Virus record (IMG/VR): IMGVR_UViG_3300020045_005338
Location: 1-50,425 of that record
Reading direction: 5' to 3' (one strand)
From: a virus
Taxonomy: Duplodnaviria; Caudoviricetes
Length of the DNA stretch: 50,425 bases
A program made the position numbers and the translations under genes. The notes beneath the pieces were generated by a model, which ran no database searches, had not been told where the DNA came from, and saw nothing but the letters and a program-made list of their open reading frames with translations. This document shows positions 1 through 9,067 of this stretch, piece after piece. Position 1 is the stretch's first letter, and each line of letters opens with the position of its first letter.

Positions 1-320
1 CGTGCTTCTTTGAGGTCTCCTGAGTCCCTTAGCGTCATATACATCTTTTGGAGCTCCTCGATTCGGCGGCGCTTAGAGGCAAGCTCAACCTTCTGGATTT
101 CTGACTCATAGGAGTCCCTGTAGGACTCAATCATGGTTTCATAAATCTTTGAATTCCTGAAGTAGTTGATAACTTTGTCGGCCACTGTCAGGTTGAATGT
201 GTCCTTCAGAAAGCTAGAGATGGCCTCGTTGGTCTCATAGTAGCCAATTCGGGCGAGGATCATTCGCACGGCTTCTTCAGGGAGTTCCCTGGAAACCTTG
301 GTCTTAGTAAGGGCTGGCAT
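1..320 (-). CDS. DUF2280-like protein, candidate terminase small subunit (runs off left end)
   Basis: Not in ORF track. Hand translation from ATG at 320: MPALTKTKVSRELPEEAVRMILARIGYYETNEAISSFLKDTFNLTV...YRDSYESEIQKVELASKRRRIEELQKMY. The HTH-like start followed by 'ELASKRRRIEELQ' resembles DUF2280 ('IPIANKAYRLRALQ'). Overlaps the TerL stop. Confidence 0.6.
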   Translation of the reverse strand, partial: MPALTKTKVSRELPEEAVRMILARIGYYETNEAISSFLKDTFNLTVADKVINYFRNSKIYETMIESYRDSYESEIQKVELASKRRRIEELQKMYMTLRDSGDLKEA

Positions 321-1878
321 TGAGTTCTAGGCTTTCTGCTTTGAAGGTTAAGTTGGAGAAGGTTGGACGCGAAATACACAGGTATCTGATGCAGTCAGCG
401 CCATCAGTATCCCGGTCTTTCTCTGCTTCCTTAGCGGAGCGTTCTCCTTTGGTTTTCCCTTGCCATTCCTCGTATTGAAGGTTACGAAGCGAGCGTATGG
501 TCTTAGGACAGTTCTGATAATGAAAGAAGATCTTTGGTTTGTTGACGGAGCTTATCGGCTTATCCATGTTGTAGTGAAGGTAGTCGCGCACGATCATGTG
601 GCCGAGCTCAATGTCATCCTGGGCTTCGTAGAATCCTACACCAGCGCGGCTTATTTCCTGGATGACTGAGCGGTTTGAGCCTGATGCCGCTGGTTTACGG
701 CCAAAGTTCGGGTCAATGAATCGTCTCTTCACATAGTATTTATTCTCTTCCTCGATCTTGCGGATCATCTTGGCAAGGTCGGGGAGCTCGCAGTGGATGG
801 TCAGCTCTCTGTCAACGTAGATGTCGTCTGTTGGGTCGATGAAAGCCCAGATTAAGTGGTGAGGACGGCGGTCATGCGGGTCTAGGATACAGATGACAGG
901 GCGTCCTAGGAATTCCGGGTCTTGGTACGAGAAGGATTTGACGTGTGCTGACTCATTGAACTCTTTGTAGACTCGGCCGCGTAGCGTGTAGAACTGGCCG
1001 TGCAAACGGGCTTCCTTGAACTCGTCAGAGAGCGAGGCTTCGAACTCGTCCACGGCTTCCTTCGACAGGATCTCATTGCCGTTGATGTCGGCGAGATTGT
1101 CTCGGATGCTAGCGGTGATGAGTTCTATGCGCACATTGTCGGCCTTGTCGATGAGTTCTTCCTTCATCCAGGGTTCTGTGATCGGCGTGAAGGTGATGAT
1201 CTCCCGGCCACGGCGGTCTGTTAGGCCACGGAAGATGGCTTCACGCTTGCGCTGGTGCTGTGGCTCGTCTTCCCAGGCAAAATCCCAGTCTGCTGACTCA
1301 TACATCTGGTCGGCCATTTCTAGGGTCAGGATGTCGACAGTGCTTCCGTCCTTGCATTTGATGCGGGATGGATAGCCCTGCGGGTTGCGCTTGATCGAGT
1401 AGTAACCCTGGGGGAGAAGCGAGGCAATCTTCGGCTCGATGACTGTTAGGGCTTTCTGAAAGGAGGTGCAGGAGACGATGGCTTTGATCGGGCCTTTGAA
1501 GCGCTTGGCTTCAGGGTACCATTCCGGGTAACGCCGGGTTAGGTGGAAGCAGAGCTCCATCGCGCCGCAGTGACTCTTCCCGCTTCGGTTCCCCGCGCAT
1601 AGAAGGACTGTACGGGCCATGCTCTTGTGCGCCCTCATCTGCATGACATTGGGCGTGTAATAATCCATCCCAATGGCCTTTTTGCGGGCTTTGAGGGCAT
1701 CCAGGATCTTGATGTTCTCTTTTTCGAGACGGTCGAGCGTGAGCTGGCCCTCTAGCTTCTCCGCAAAGCCGAGCTCTACCCCTAGATCTTCGGGGGGGAG
1801 GGCCCCCGGCATAACGTCCCTAAGCACACCCTCCACCACGTCATCAAGCTCTATGTCTAGCACACGTTTCTTCATCAT
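304..1878 (-). CDS. terL: Terminase large subunit
   Basis: Q-motif (MQMRAH), Walker A GNRSGKS, Walker B FAWEDE, motif III TFTP, RNase H-like nuclease acidic residues (LDPHD, FIDP, DGADCIRY). Confidence 0.95.
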   Translation of the reverse strand: MMKKRVLDIELDDVVEGVLRDVMPGALPPEDLGVELGFAEKLEGQLTLDRLEKENIKILDALKARKKAIGMDYYTPNVMQMRAHKSMARTVLLCAGNRSGKSHCGAMELCFHLTRRYPEWYPEAKRFKGPIKAIVSCTSFQKALTVIEPKIASLLPQGYYSIKRNPQGYPSRIKCKDGSTVDILTLEMADQMYESADWDFAWEDEPQHQRKREAIFRGLTDRRGREIITFTPITEPWMKEELIDKADNVRIELITASIRDNLADINGNEILSKEAVDEFEASLSDEFKEARLHGQFYTLRGRVYKEFNESAHVKSFSYQDPEFLGRPVICILDPHDRRPHHLIWAFIDPTDDIYVDRELTIHCELPDLAKMIRKIEEENKYYVKRRFIDPNFGRKPAASGSNRSVIQEISRAGVGFYEAQDDIELGHMIVRDYLHYNMDKPISSVNKPKIFFHYQNCPKTIRSLRNLQYEEWQGKTKGERSAKEAEKDRDTDGADCIRYLCISRPTFSNLTFKAESLELNASPY

Positions 1879-2439
1879 GCCTCAATGCTATGCTTACTCC
1901 CTCACATACAAGGGGAGAGACTTATAACCTTAACTTTACTCACCACAACACAAAACTAGCAGGTGCCGTACTACCTCAGTGCAAGAGCCTGGAGAAGAGA
2001 GTCATAACCGCGCATCTCATAGCCCAGCTTTTCCCGTCCTATAACTAAGCTTATGTAAACTTAGCATCAGCATACAACCCTTGTGTAGCAAGGCTTTCAT
2101 GAGGGCTTAATGCTGAGTAATACATCATCCACGCCTAAATCCATGCCTAAACCAGCCTTATTCATCCCGCTTTGTTTACTCGTCATGCTTTGATGTATTG
2201 CTATTGCTTAGCTATTGCATTGCTTTAGGACTCTATATATAGGCTATCACGGCTCAAGGCCGATCCTGCAAAATGCTAGTTATTGCTAGAATACGCTATA
2301 AGCTGGGCCTAAGCATAGATACCACAAAAGACGAGTTAGTCTATGGACTAACCCAACGTTATAGGACGAGGTGAATCAATAGCCTTCCATAGCCTGTTTT
2401 CCACCCAAAAAAATATTGAAAATAGTTGTAAAGAAGGGC

Positions 2440-2467
2440 TTGACAGGGCCGATACTCGTGATAAGAT
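2440..2467 (+). promoter_or_regulatory. Sigma70-type early promoter
   Basis: TTGACA-16 nt-TAAGAT with extended -10 TGn and an A-rich upstream tract, ahead of the first plus-strand gene. Confidence 0.7.
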
Positions 2468-2526
2468 TGTAGTACAAAGTGGTTGAATGTAGTGACGCGA
2501 AACGAAGTTAACTAGAAGGGGATAAA

Positions 2527-2763
2527 ATGAACGACCTGGAAAGATTAGACAAAAAAACAGTATTTACCGAAGAATTCCCTTTTAAATACTGCGTTTATTA
2601 TTTAGACGAAGATATTCTCATGGGAGACACTCTTGAAAAAGCAACCAAAGAGGTTTACGACTTTTTTGAGGGTAAATATACAAAATTAAGCATAAAGAAT
2701 AAATTCAAGTCTTGTAATTACGCTATTAATGAAAACAACCAATACCTTAGTGATAGGGGGTAA
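2527..2763 (+). CDS. Hypothetical early protein
   Basis: ORF with GAAGGG RBS directly after the promoter. Confidence 0.65.
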   Translation: MNDLERLDKKTVFTEEFPFKYCVYYLDEDILMGDTLEKATKEVYDFFEGKYTKLSIKNKFKSCNYAINENNQYLSDRG

Positions 2764-2767
2764 TAAA

Positions 2768-2914
2768 ATGAATAACTTCGAATGGAAAGCACGAACGGCA
2801 AAGGAACCTTGCAAACATTATTCTTTCTGTGACGGCGGATATGGGCGCAAGGTTTGCACTCGCTGTGGTATCGATGTGACGGAACAAGTTAACCAAGCGG
2901 AAGGGGTAGCATGA
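2768..2914 (+). CDS. Small Cys-rich (zinc-finger-like) early protein
   Basis: ATG at 2768 after GGGGGT; C-x5-C and C-x2-C motifs. Confidence 0.55.
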   Translation: MNNFEWKARTAKEPCKHYSFCDGGYGRKVCTRCGIDVTEQVNQAEGVA

Positions 2915-3156
2915 AAACTCTCAGAGAAGTCATGGAAGAGGCAAATAGGGAAGTTTCTGCCCTTTTCATGCCACGATCAAAACCCAAGCGCATTAGAAGA
3001 GAAAGGGTCTGGATTTGTTCCGATTGCGGGGTTCAAACGTCAAGCGCAAAAGGAAAAGAATACTACACCAAAAAAGGATGTGATCTTAGAGAGTATCTTG
3101 TTAATCGATCTACCGGAAAGAAAGAATCTGTAACTAACTCAACCGAGGGAGCTTGA
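2911..3156 (+). CDS. Hypothetical early protein with CxxC motif
   Basis: ATGA coupling to upstream ORF; WICSDCG. Confidence 0.6.
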   Translation: MKTLREVMEEANREVSALFMPRSKPKRIRRERVWICSDCGVQTSSAKGKEYYTKKGCDLREYLVNRSTGKKESVTNSTEGA

Positions 3157-3674
3157 ATAAGATGAAAACACAGACAATGACAACAAAGGAACGTTATACG
3201 GCATTAAACAATGTCAATGCGATCATGATCCAAGTTTACGACAAGTTAAAACATACACAAAGCCCAACAAAAAGAATCGCTACTGAGTTCAAGAAAGTTG
3301 AGGAAAAGTATCTAGTCCACTACGAGGTTACTTCTTGGGGAAGTGTAAATATAAAAATATGGGGGAATGGATTGGACTATGACAATGCAGCTTATTTTTG
3401 CTTTTCTCTGTCTAAAGGTTGGCAAGGGCTTGCTGAAGAAATTGAACGGCAAGATTGTCATGACTACATCGAACAACTAGAAGAGGAAGAAAAGCACTAT
3501 GCCAAGCTTTCAAAGCTTCAAGAAAAACTTGAGGCAGTAAGAAAAGAAGCCGAAGAGCTTTGTCCAAAAATCACCCCAAAAAGCGCAAAGCTTCGTTCTG
3601 ATTCCTGTCATTGGGATGATTGGAGCTATACCACAAAGAAAGCATTCCCTATTCTTTTCGATTATAAAAGCTAA
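3153..3674 (+). CDS. Hypothetical early protein with coiled-coil C-terminal half
   Basis: 173-aa ORF with GAGGGAG RBS, coupled to upstream gene; start could be the ATG at 3162. Confidence 0.75.
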   Translation: MNKMKTQTMTTKERYTALNNVNAIMIQVYDKLKHTQSPTKRIATEFKKVEEKYLVHYEVTSWGSVNIKIWGNGLDYDNAAYFCFSLSKGWQGLAEEIERQDCHDYIEQLEEEEKHYAKLSKLQEKLEAVRKEAEELCPKITPKSAKLRSDSCHWDDWSYTTKKAFPILFDYKS

Positions 3675-3705
3675 TGATTAATCACTAACAAAAAGGCGGT
3701 GAGGT

Positions 3706-3888
3706 ATGAACAAAGGAAGTTTTGAAGATTCCCTGGCTAGTAAATTCTTTGAAGATAACCCGCAGTGTCTTGATGATGATTTCCCGGATATGTTTGAGGA
3801 CTGGATAGCGGATCAAGACCCGGACCAGCTTATAAAATGGGCGAACCAATGGGGGAATTTATGCCGGAAATCAATATGCAAAGGCTGA
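3706..3888 (+). CDS. Small acidic hypothetical protein
   Basis: GGTGAGGT RBS; D/E-rich (LDDDFPDMFEDW). Confidence 0.65.
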   Translation: MNKGSFEDSLASKFFEDNPQCLDDDFPDMFEDWIADQDPDQLIKWANQWGNLCRKSICKG

Positions 3889-4034
3889 AGGATGCATTAG
3901 AAGGACGCTTTGAGGTAGAGAAAGGAGACATCAGGCAATTGATTAAGCCTATACATTGGGAGCCCACAATACCCAACGAGACAAGGCTTAGGTTTCTAAA
4001 AATAAAGTCAAGCAGAAGGGAGACGTGGAACTAA
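3876..4034 (+). CDS. Hypothetical protein
   Basis: Fills the gap between neighbours; start uncertain. Confidence 0.4.
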   Translation: MQRLKDALEGRFEVEKGDIRQLIKPIHWEPTIPNETRLRFLKIKSSRRETWN

Positions 4035-4087
4035 CAGCCCCCTTTAAAAATAACAAACCAAAACCAACAGCCAAAACAGGAGTCATA

Positions 4088-4297
4088 ATGGAGATAATTA
4101 AGAAAATCAAAGGCGTAGTTTACCTTATTCAGTTTGATAGGGACATCGATGGAAGGCTAGAAGGGCAAAAAGTATACACTAGCGATGATGTATACGACCA
4201 TCTAAGGCCGGAAATACAAGAGGCTATCGACAAGGAATGCTTCGACTATGACGATGGAAACCCGCTAGATGACCCGAAAAACTGGTACGAAGGCTAG
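4088..4297 (+). CDS. Hypothetical protein with acidic C-terminus
   Basis: CAGGAG RBS before ATG 4088 (MEIIKK). Confidence 0.6.
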   Translation: MEIIKKIKGVVYLIQFDRDIDGRLEGQKVYTSDDVYDHLRPEIQEAIDKECFDYDDGNPLDDPKNWYEG

Positions 4298-4341
4298 GCT
4301 ACGCAAAAAAAGCAAATACATACAACCGAGCGAATAGAAAG

Positions 4342-4560
4342 GTGGAATATATGGATTTAGTCACGGGAAAACTTAGCTTAGTCATGATGATACTGATGCA
4401 AGGCGAAATGGACGATCAAGACGAAGAAGCAAGAGTCATGATGGATACAGGAATGCTTGCGAGAAATAGCTACTGCGAAGACTACTATTTGCCAGAGATA
4501 GACCATGCAAACAAGGAAGCGGAAAAATTGAGGAAAGATAATATTTTGATGGTTTTTTGA
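4342..4560 (+). CDS. Hypothetical acidic protein
   Basis: Last ORF of the early block; start may be the ATG at 4351 after AAGGTGG. Confidence 0.55.
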   Translation: MEYMDLVTGKLSLVMMILMQGEMDDQDEEARVMMDTGMLARNSYCEDYYLPEIDHANKEAEKLRKDNILMVF

Positions 4561-4670
4561 AAGAAAATGAGACTCCAAATAAAAGTTTTTTGAAAACGAG
4601 CTAATAGTATTCTTGTTTCCATGATTTTTTTGTATTACATGGAAAGACTTAGTAAAGGTTTAAAATAAGC

Positions 4671-5274
4671 TGTGGATAAATACCTTTTCCGCGCTTTCCG
4701 CAAGGGTATTTATACCCTCCGAAAAACCTCCGCGGAAACAGAAAAATTAAATTGGTTTTTTGGCAAAATGGAGATTTCAAAAAATGGCAAATTTTTGGAT
4801 GCCCTCTAGAAAATGGCAGTTTTTTGACTGGTTTCACAAGAATAGACCCTATTGGCGGGTAGAATCATGGCCTTTGGCGAAACTTAGGGCAGTTTATATA
4901 AAAGAGCGTAAAAGTCAGCAATAGGATTCTCAAACTTTGCGTTTAAACGCGATTTAAGACACTTTTGCTCGTATTGTAAGACATATATCCATAGGTTGGT
5001 GGCATAGTTTTGAGTTCTAGGGCCAATTTTGTGCGATTCTAGGCCATCCAAAAAATGGATGTGATGATGGCATTAAAAATGGCAAGGATTTTTAGAAATT
5101 GTGAAGGCTAGCTTCTATATATAGAGTGTATGAAATTGAAGGCTAAAAAAATATGATGAATGTGAATAATGAGTCAAAAACCAGAATTTGGGGCTTTTCC
5201 AAGCTTTCCGCGAGCATTTTTCAAATGGTGGAAAATACTCGTACTATCCACAGCTTATCCACAAGTTATCCACA
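4671..5274. other. Putative replication origin with DnaA boxes
   Basis: TGTGGATAA at 4671-4679; CTATCCACA 5244-5252, TTATCCACA 5255-5263 and TTATCCACA 5266-5274. Intervening DNA is gene-poor, A/T-tract rich, with repeated AAAATGG(C/A). Confidence 0.7.
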
Positions 5275-5317
5275 GGAATGTTTTTGGGCTTATTTTGAAT
5301 GTTTTTTGAGATTGTGC

Positions 5318-5346
5318 TTGACAGGCGTAGTTGATTGTGGTAGTAT
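5318..5346 (+). promoter_or_regulatory. Sigma70-type promoter of the replication/recombination operon
   Basis: TTGACA-17 nt-TAGTAT with TGn; AGGAGGTG RBS follows. Confidence 0.8.
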
Positions 5347-5370
5347 GCCATACACAAGGAGGTGATAACA

Positions 5371-5526
5371 ATGAAAGATGTTATTTTTAACGTGAGAATC
5401 GAGCGCCAAGATTACGAGATTTTGAGGGAGCTTGCAAAGCAAGAACACCGCTCAATGAGTCAGCTAGTTCGCATCATGATCACGAAATTCACGAATAAAG
5501 CTAAATCGAGCATAAAGGGGGCCTAA
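5371..5526 (+). CDS. Ribbon-helix-helix (Arc/CopG-like) DNA-binding protein
   Basis: Not in ORF track (51 aa): MKDVIFNVRIERQDYEILRELAKQEHRSMSQLVRIMITKF. Beta strand, helix, 'RSMSQLVR' helix; perfect RBS. Confidence 0.85.
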   Translation: MKDVIFNVRIERQDYEILRELAKQEHRSMSQLVRIMITKFTNKAKSSIKGA

Positions 5527-5721
5527 ATGTTTATTGTGTCGAGATCGGTGCAGGAGGGTATCATCAAGCAAAATGATATTGTGCTGAGTCAGGATAGCGA
5601 CACAGACTACCACCCTTTTGTGCTTAAATTCAAGATGAGTGGGCTAGAAGTAGCGGTATACCTTGAATATAAGGATGTTAATAAGCTGGCCTCCATCATG
5701 AAGGATTATAATTGTGACTAA
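5527..5721 (+). CDS. Hypothetical protein
   Basis: Abuts the RHH gene (TAAATG) with AAGGGGG RBS. Confidence 0.6.
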   Translation: MFIVSRSVQEGIIKQNDIVLSQDSDTDYHPFVLKFKMSGLEVAVYLEYKDVNKLASIMKDYNCD

Positions 5722-6331
5722 GCAGTCATCTTCCTTCAGATATTACGAAAAGGAGCATATAGCCTATGATAGAATAACAGCTATCCTAGATTATTTTCCG
5801 CATCCTAAGCTCGTGGAGTGGAAGATCAAGACTGGGCTTAAAGAGGCTAACAAGATAAGCCGGGAAGCTACTAATATAGGCTCAAATGTTGATGAGGCAA
5901 TCAAGGCCGATATTGCTGGGCTTAAGCCAGTCAAACTGAAGACTGATGACGCTAAATATTGTTATGAGGCGTATCAGCAGTGGAAGAAGGATTATGGCTA
6001 TGAGCTAAGCGTCCCAACCACGGTTTTTAGTGATGAGTTAGTAGTAGCCGGAACCCCGGACTTATACTCACATCAGGACGGCGGAGTCATAATCGACGTA
6101 AAATGCTCATCCAAAATTAGGGATAGTTACTGGCTACAAACCGAATTCTATGCGCGGAATATCAAGTTAAGCACGGCAAATAAAGCAGTGTTAAGGCTGG
6201 ACAAGAACCTTGCATTTTATGAGTTCAAAAAAGTTCCTCTCAGCGATTTTGACTGGGAGGCTACGGTAGGGCTAATAAAAGCATACCGTTTCTACAATAA
6301 GACCGTCAATGACGGCAAGGAGGATTTATGA
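5714..6331 (+). CDS. PD-(D/E)XK exonuclease (Cas4/RecB-like phage nuclease)
   Basis: RITAIL, AGTPDL, IIDVKCS and YWLQ...YA motifs. Confidence 0.85.
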   Translation: MTKQSSSFRYYEKEHIAYDRITAILDYFPHPKLVEWKIKTGLKEANKISREATNIGSNVDEAIKADIAGLKPVKLKTDDAKYCYEAYQQWKKDYGYELSVPTTVFSDELVVAGTPDLYSHQDGGVIIDVKCSSKIRDSYWLQTEFYARNIKLSTANKAVLRLDKNLAFYEFKKVPLSDFDWEATVGLIKAYRFYNKTVNDGKEDL

Positions 6332-7065
6332 CAGCAGATTTGAAGCTACCAACAACACGTTCAGAAGTTGATACCAGGTGGGTCAATCAAAAGTTTGGGA
6401 TGATTGGGAGTCCAGGCATTGGAAAGAGTAAATTCTGGTCGTTCTGTAATGGCCTTTATTTGCAGACTGAGGCTGGGCTAAACCATCTAAGCGTCATGAA
6501 GATGCCGATCAGAAGCTGGGAAGACTTTAAGCATGTTTATTCATTGCTTATGCAGTCAGCACAGGCCGGATCATTCCCCTATGACACCATCATTATTGAC
6601 ACCATCGATAAATTTGTGGATTTGGCCCAGCGCGAAGCAATAGAGCGCGGAATGCTTAAATTCAAGAATATTGATATCAATACGGTGGGCGATATCCCTA
6701 ACGGGGCTGGATGGATGTGGGCTCAGGATCTCGTCGAGAATGCATTAGACAAGCTTGAAGAGCTTCCATGCGCAATTGTGTACATCGGGCATCTAGAAAA
6801 TAAGGAGGTAAAAGAACCAACAAGAAGCATTCATAAGCAGACGATCAGTATAGGCGGGAAGATGGGCGGGATGCTCACCTCTTGGCCGGATCATCTTATG
6901 AATGTCACGTCAGGCTACATTGGCAATGAGTTAAAAAGGACAGTCAGAACTCTTCCATCTCAGACGGTTGAAGCAAAGAGCAGGGCCGGAATCGTCAAGG
7001 ATGGCTGGGTCTGGGATAAAGAAGACAAAGTTAACTGGGATAATTTCAGAAAACTTTTTGTGTAA
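6328..7065 (+). CDS. Sak4-like AAA_24 ATPase/recombinase
   Basis: Walker A GSPGIGKS, Walker B IIIDTID, YIGH, EAKSR; lies between exonuclease and SSB. Confidence 0.85.
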   Translation: MTADLKLPTTRSEVDTRWVNQKFGMIGSPGIGKSKFWSFCNGLYLQTEAGLNHLSVMKMPIRSWEDFKHVYSLLMQSAQAGSFPYDTIIIDTIDKFVDLAQREAIERGMLKFKNIDINTVGDIPNGAGWMWAQDLVENALDKLEELPCAIVYIGHLENKEVKEPTRSIHKQTISIGGKMGGMLTSWPDHLMNVTSGYIGNELKRTVRTLPSQTVEAKSRAGIVKDGWVWDKEDKVNWDNFRKLFV

Positions 7066-7094
7066 GCTAATTAAGCAAAATTTAAGGAGACTTT

Positions 7095-7571
7095 ATGGGA
7101 ATCGTTGACGCACTGAAAGCAAGCGGGTTTAAACCAGAAGCAAGCACGGACGGAGAATATAAGCCACTCAAAGGGACTTATAAAGCTCAGATTGTGGCGC
7201 TTCGCCCTGAAATCGACCGCAAGAACAATAATGCTAAATATTACCAGTTCAATCTGAAGCCGATTGAAGTTATTGAAGGCGATGGATTCGGCGAGCGGAC
7301 TGAATTTCGGAAGCGTTATTATGTCGATGGGGACAAGGCCGCTGAAAACTTAAAAGAGCTTCTTAATGCTCTTTTTACGGCCGGAATTGAGCTAGACACA
7401 AGCTCAGATGAAGCAATGGAAGCTGATTTTGGCAAGGCTATTAATCAGGTTGCCTTTATCCGCACATGGGGATGGACTCCAGAAGGCAAGGAAAATGCCG
7501 TTCAGATGTTCACCTTTGTGAAGGAAAAGGTGGCAGAGAAGAGGAGAAAAACAGAATCACTTCCGTTCTAA
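7095..7571 (+). CDS. Single-stranded DNA-binding protein (DUF669-like)
   Basis: YKPLKGTYKAQIV start, C-terminal LPF tail, follows Sak4. Confidence 0.75.
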   Translation: MGIVDALKASGFKPEASTDGEYKPLKGTYKAQIVALRPEIDRKNNNAKYYQFNLKPIEVIEGDGFGERTEFRKRYYVDGDKAAENLKELLNALFTAGIELDTSSDEAMEADFGKAINQVAFIRTWGWTPEGKENAVQMFTFVKEKVAEKRRKTESLPF

Positions 7572-7582
7572 AGCTTTAAACA

Positions 7583-7620
7583 ATATGGGCCGTGAGTACC
7601 ACCGGGAAAACGGCCTGTAT
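7583..7620 (+). other. Intergenic RNA stem-loop
   Basis: ATATGGGCCGT pairs with ACGGCCTGTAT (11 bp including G-U); internal AGTA/GAA. Confidence 0.5.
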
Positions 7621-7639
7621 AACCTTCCAAGTGTGTTAA

Positions 7640-8089
7640 GTGTTAAGACTTACCATAGATTCAAGAGAGCAACTTCCGCTAGAGTTTAGATCTAATTCGT
7701 TTGATGAGATTATTACAGACGGGCTTCCATTCGGGGATTACTGGGCAGAACTTCACGGCGTAGCTATCCCTATTGCCTTCGAAAGGAAGAGTTTAGCTGA
7801 TCTTTTTGGCACTATGACGCATGGGTATGAACGGTTTAAGCATGAGATGAAGAGAGCTAAGGAGAACAATTTTAAGCTGGTGCTTTTAATCGAGGAATCC
7901 ATGAGAACGGTGGCCAAAGGATATGAGTATAGCAAGTACGATGGAAACTCAATGCTTAAGAAGCTTGCAATGCTGTATGTTAGGCATGACCTCGAATACC
8001 ACTATTTCAATGACCGCAGGGAAATGGCTCGCTTCATAGAAGAAACATTTAATGCAGTGAAAAGAAACTATAAGAAAGAGGATAAATGA
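7640..8089 (+). CDS. ERCC4-domain nuclease
   Basis: IDSREQ, GDY and ERKSLADL signature. Confidence 0.92.
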   Translation: MLRLTIDSREQLPLEFRSNSFDEIITDGLPFGDYWAELHGVAIPIAFERKSLADLFGTMTHGYERFKHEMKRAKENNFKLVLLIEESMRTVAKGYEYSKYDGNSMLKKLAMLYVRHDLEYHYFNDRREMARFIEETFNAVKRNYKKEDK

Positions 8090-9067
8090 ATGGCTACGCT
8101 CCAAGGAAGCTATACGCTGACGCAGTTGCTGAATACAGAAGTTAAAGGGAATGATCCAATTATAGACGGGCTTTTGTGGGAGCGGGATACGACGATATTG
8201 CTGGCAAAGGAGAAGGTGGGGAAGAGTATCTTTGGACAGTTTTTAGCACTCCATTTGATTGCAGGTGAGGACTTCTTAGGAGAGCTAAAAATTCCCAATA
8301 AAAGTAATGTGATTTATTGTCAGGCGGAAGGAAAGCTTGCGCAGACTAAGCAGAATTTCGAAAGGATGCTCAAGATTATTCCGAATGCTGATACAGATAG
8401 GCTATTGCTACTTTACTATCCCAGCATCGCTATGAATATCGAGCAAGAGTTTCAGCAGGTTAAACAGCAGATCAAGGAGTGGAACCCACCGGAAGCAAAG
8501 AACACAATCTTTATTGGGGACAGCCTCTACATGATGATGCGCGGGGATATGAAGGATGATGAGTCATCCAAGGGCTTCATTGAGAATATGAGGAAGCTTG
8601 GTGAAGAGTTTCAGCTAACATATCTTATTATGCATCACGCGCATAGAGACATTAGGAATAAGGAGACTGGAGACCTGATTAATGAAGGGGATAATGCGCT
8701 CTTTGGAAGCTTTGTGTGGAAGGCATTCCCGGATCATATCTTGTTACTCAAGAGGATGAGAGATAAGCATCTCAAGATGACATGTGATACTCAAAGGACG
8801 GGCGGGGTAGTGAGCGAGCTTGATATTGTGCTACTTGAGCCGGACCCGCTTTATTTTGCTTTAAAGGAAACAAGCAAGCCGAACGATGACATCTGTATGA
8901 ATGTGCTGAAGGTTAAAGGCGAGTGGATGACAGCCGATGAAGTCATGATGGAAGCAAGGCTCGGCAAGACCACGGTGTATAACTCGCTCAATAGGCTTGT
9001 AGCAACAAAGAGGGCAGTAAAGCGCAAGGTCAAAGATATCAATTTGAATGAGTACAAAACTATTTAG
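8090..9067 (+). CDS. RecA-family (AAA_25/RepA-like) helicase with C-terminal winged HTH
   Basis: Walker A AKEKVGKS, Walker B IFIGDS, IMHH, LFGS; C-terminal MTADEVMMEARLGKTTVYNSLNRL. Confidence 0.85.
   Translation: MATLQGSYTLTQLLNTEVKGNDPIIDGLLWERDTTILLAKEKVGKSIFGQFLALHLIAGEDFLGELKIPNKSNVIYCQAEGKLAQTKQNFERMLKIIPNADTDRLLLLYYPSIAMNIEQEFQQVKQQIKEWNPPEAKNTIFIGDSLYMMMRGDMKDDESSKGFIENMRKLGEEFQLTYLIMHHAHRDIRNKETGDLINEGDNALFGSFVWKAFPDHILLLKRMRDKHLKMTCDTQRTGGVVSELDIVLLEPDPLYFALKETSKPNDDICMNVLKVKGEWMTADEVMMEARLGKTTVYNSLNRLVATKRAVKRKVKDINLNEYKTI

Noticed and set aside
4649-5365. Track ORFs 4649-4837 (-) and 5153-5365 (+)
   Set aside because: No convincing RBS, biased composition, and they overlap DnaA boxes and the promoter; treated as non-coding.
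5714-6331. Cas4 as part of a CRISPR system
   Set aside because: No Fe-S cysteine set and it sits in the exonuclease-Sak4-SSB recombination context.
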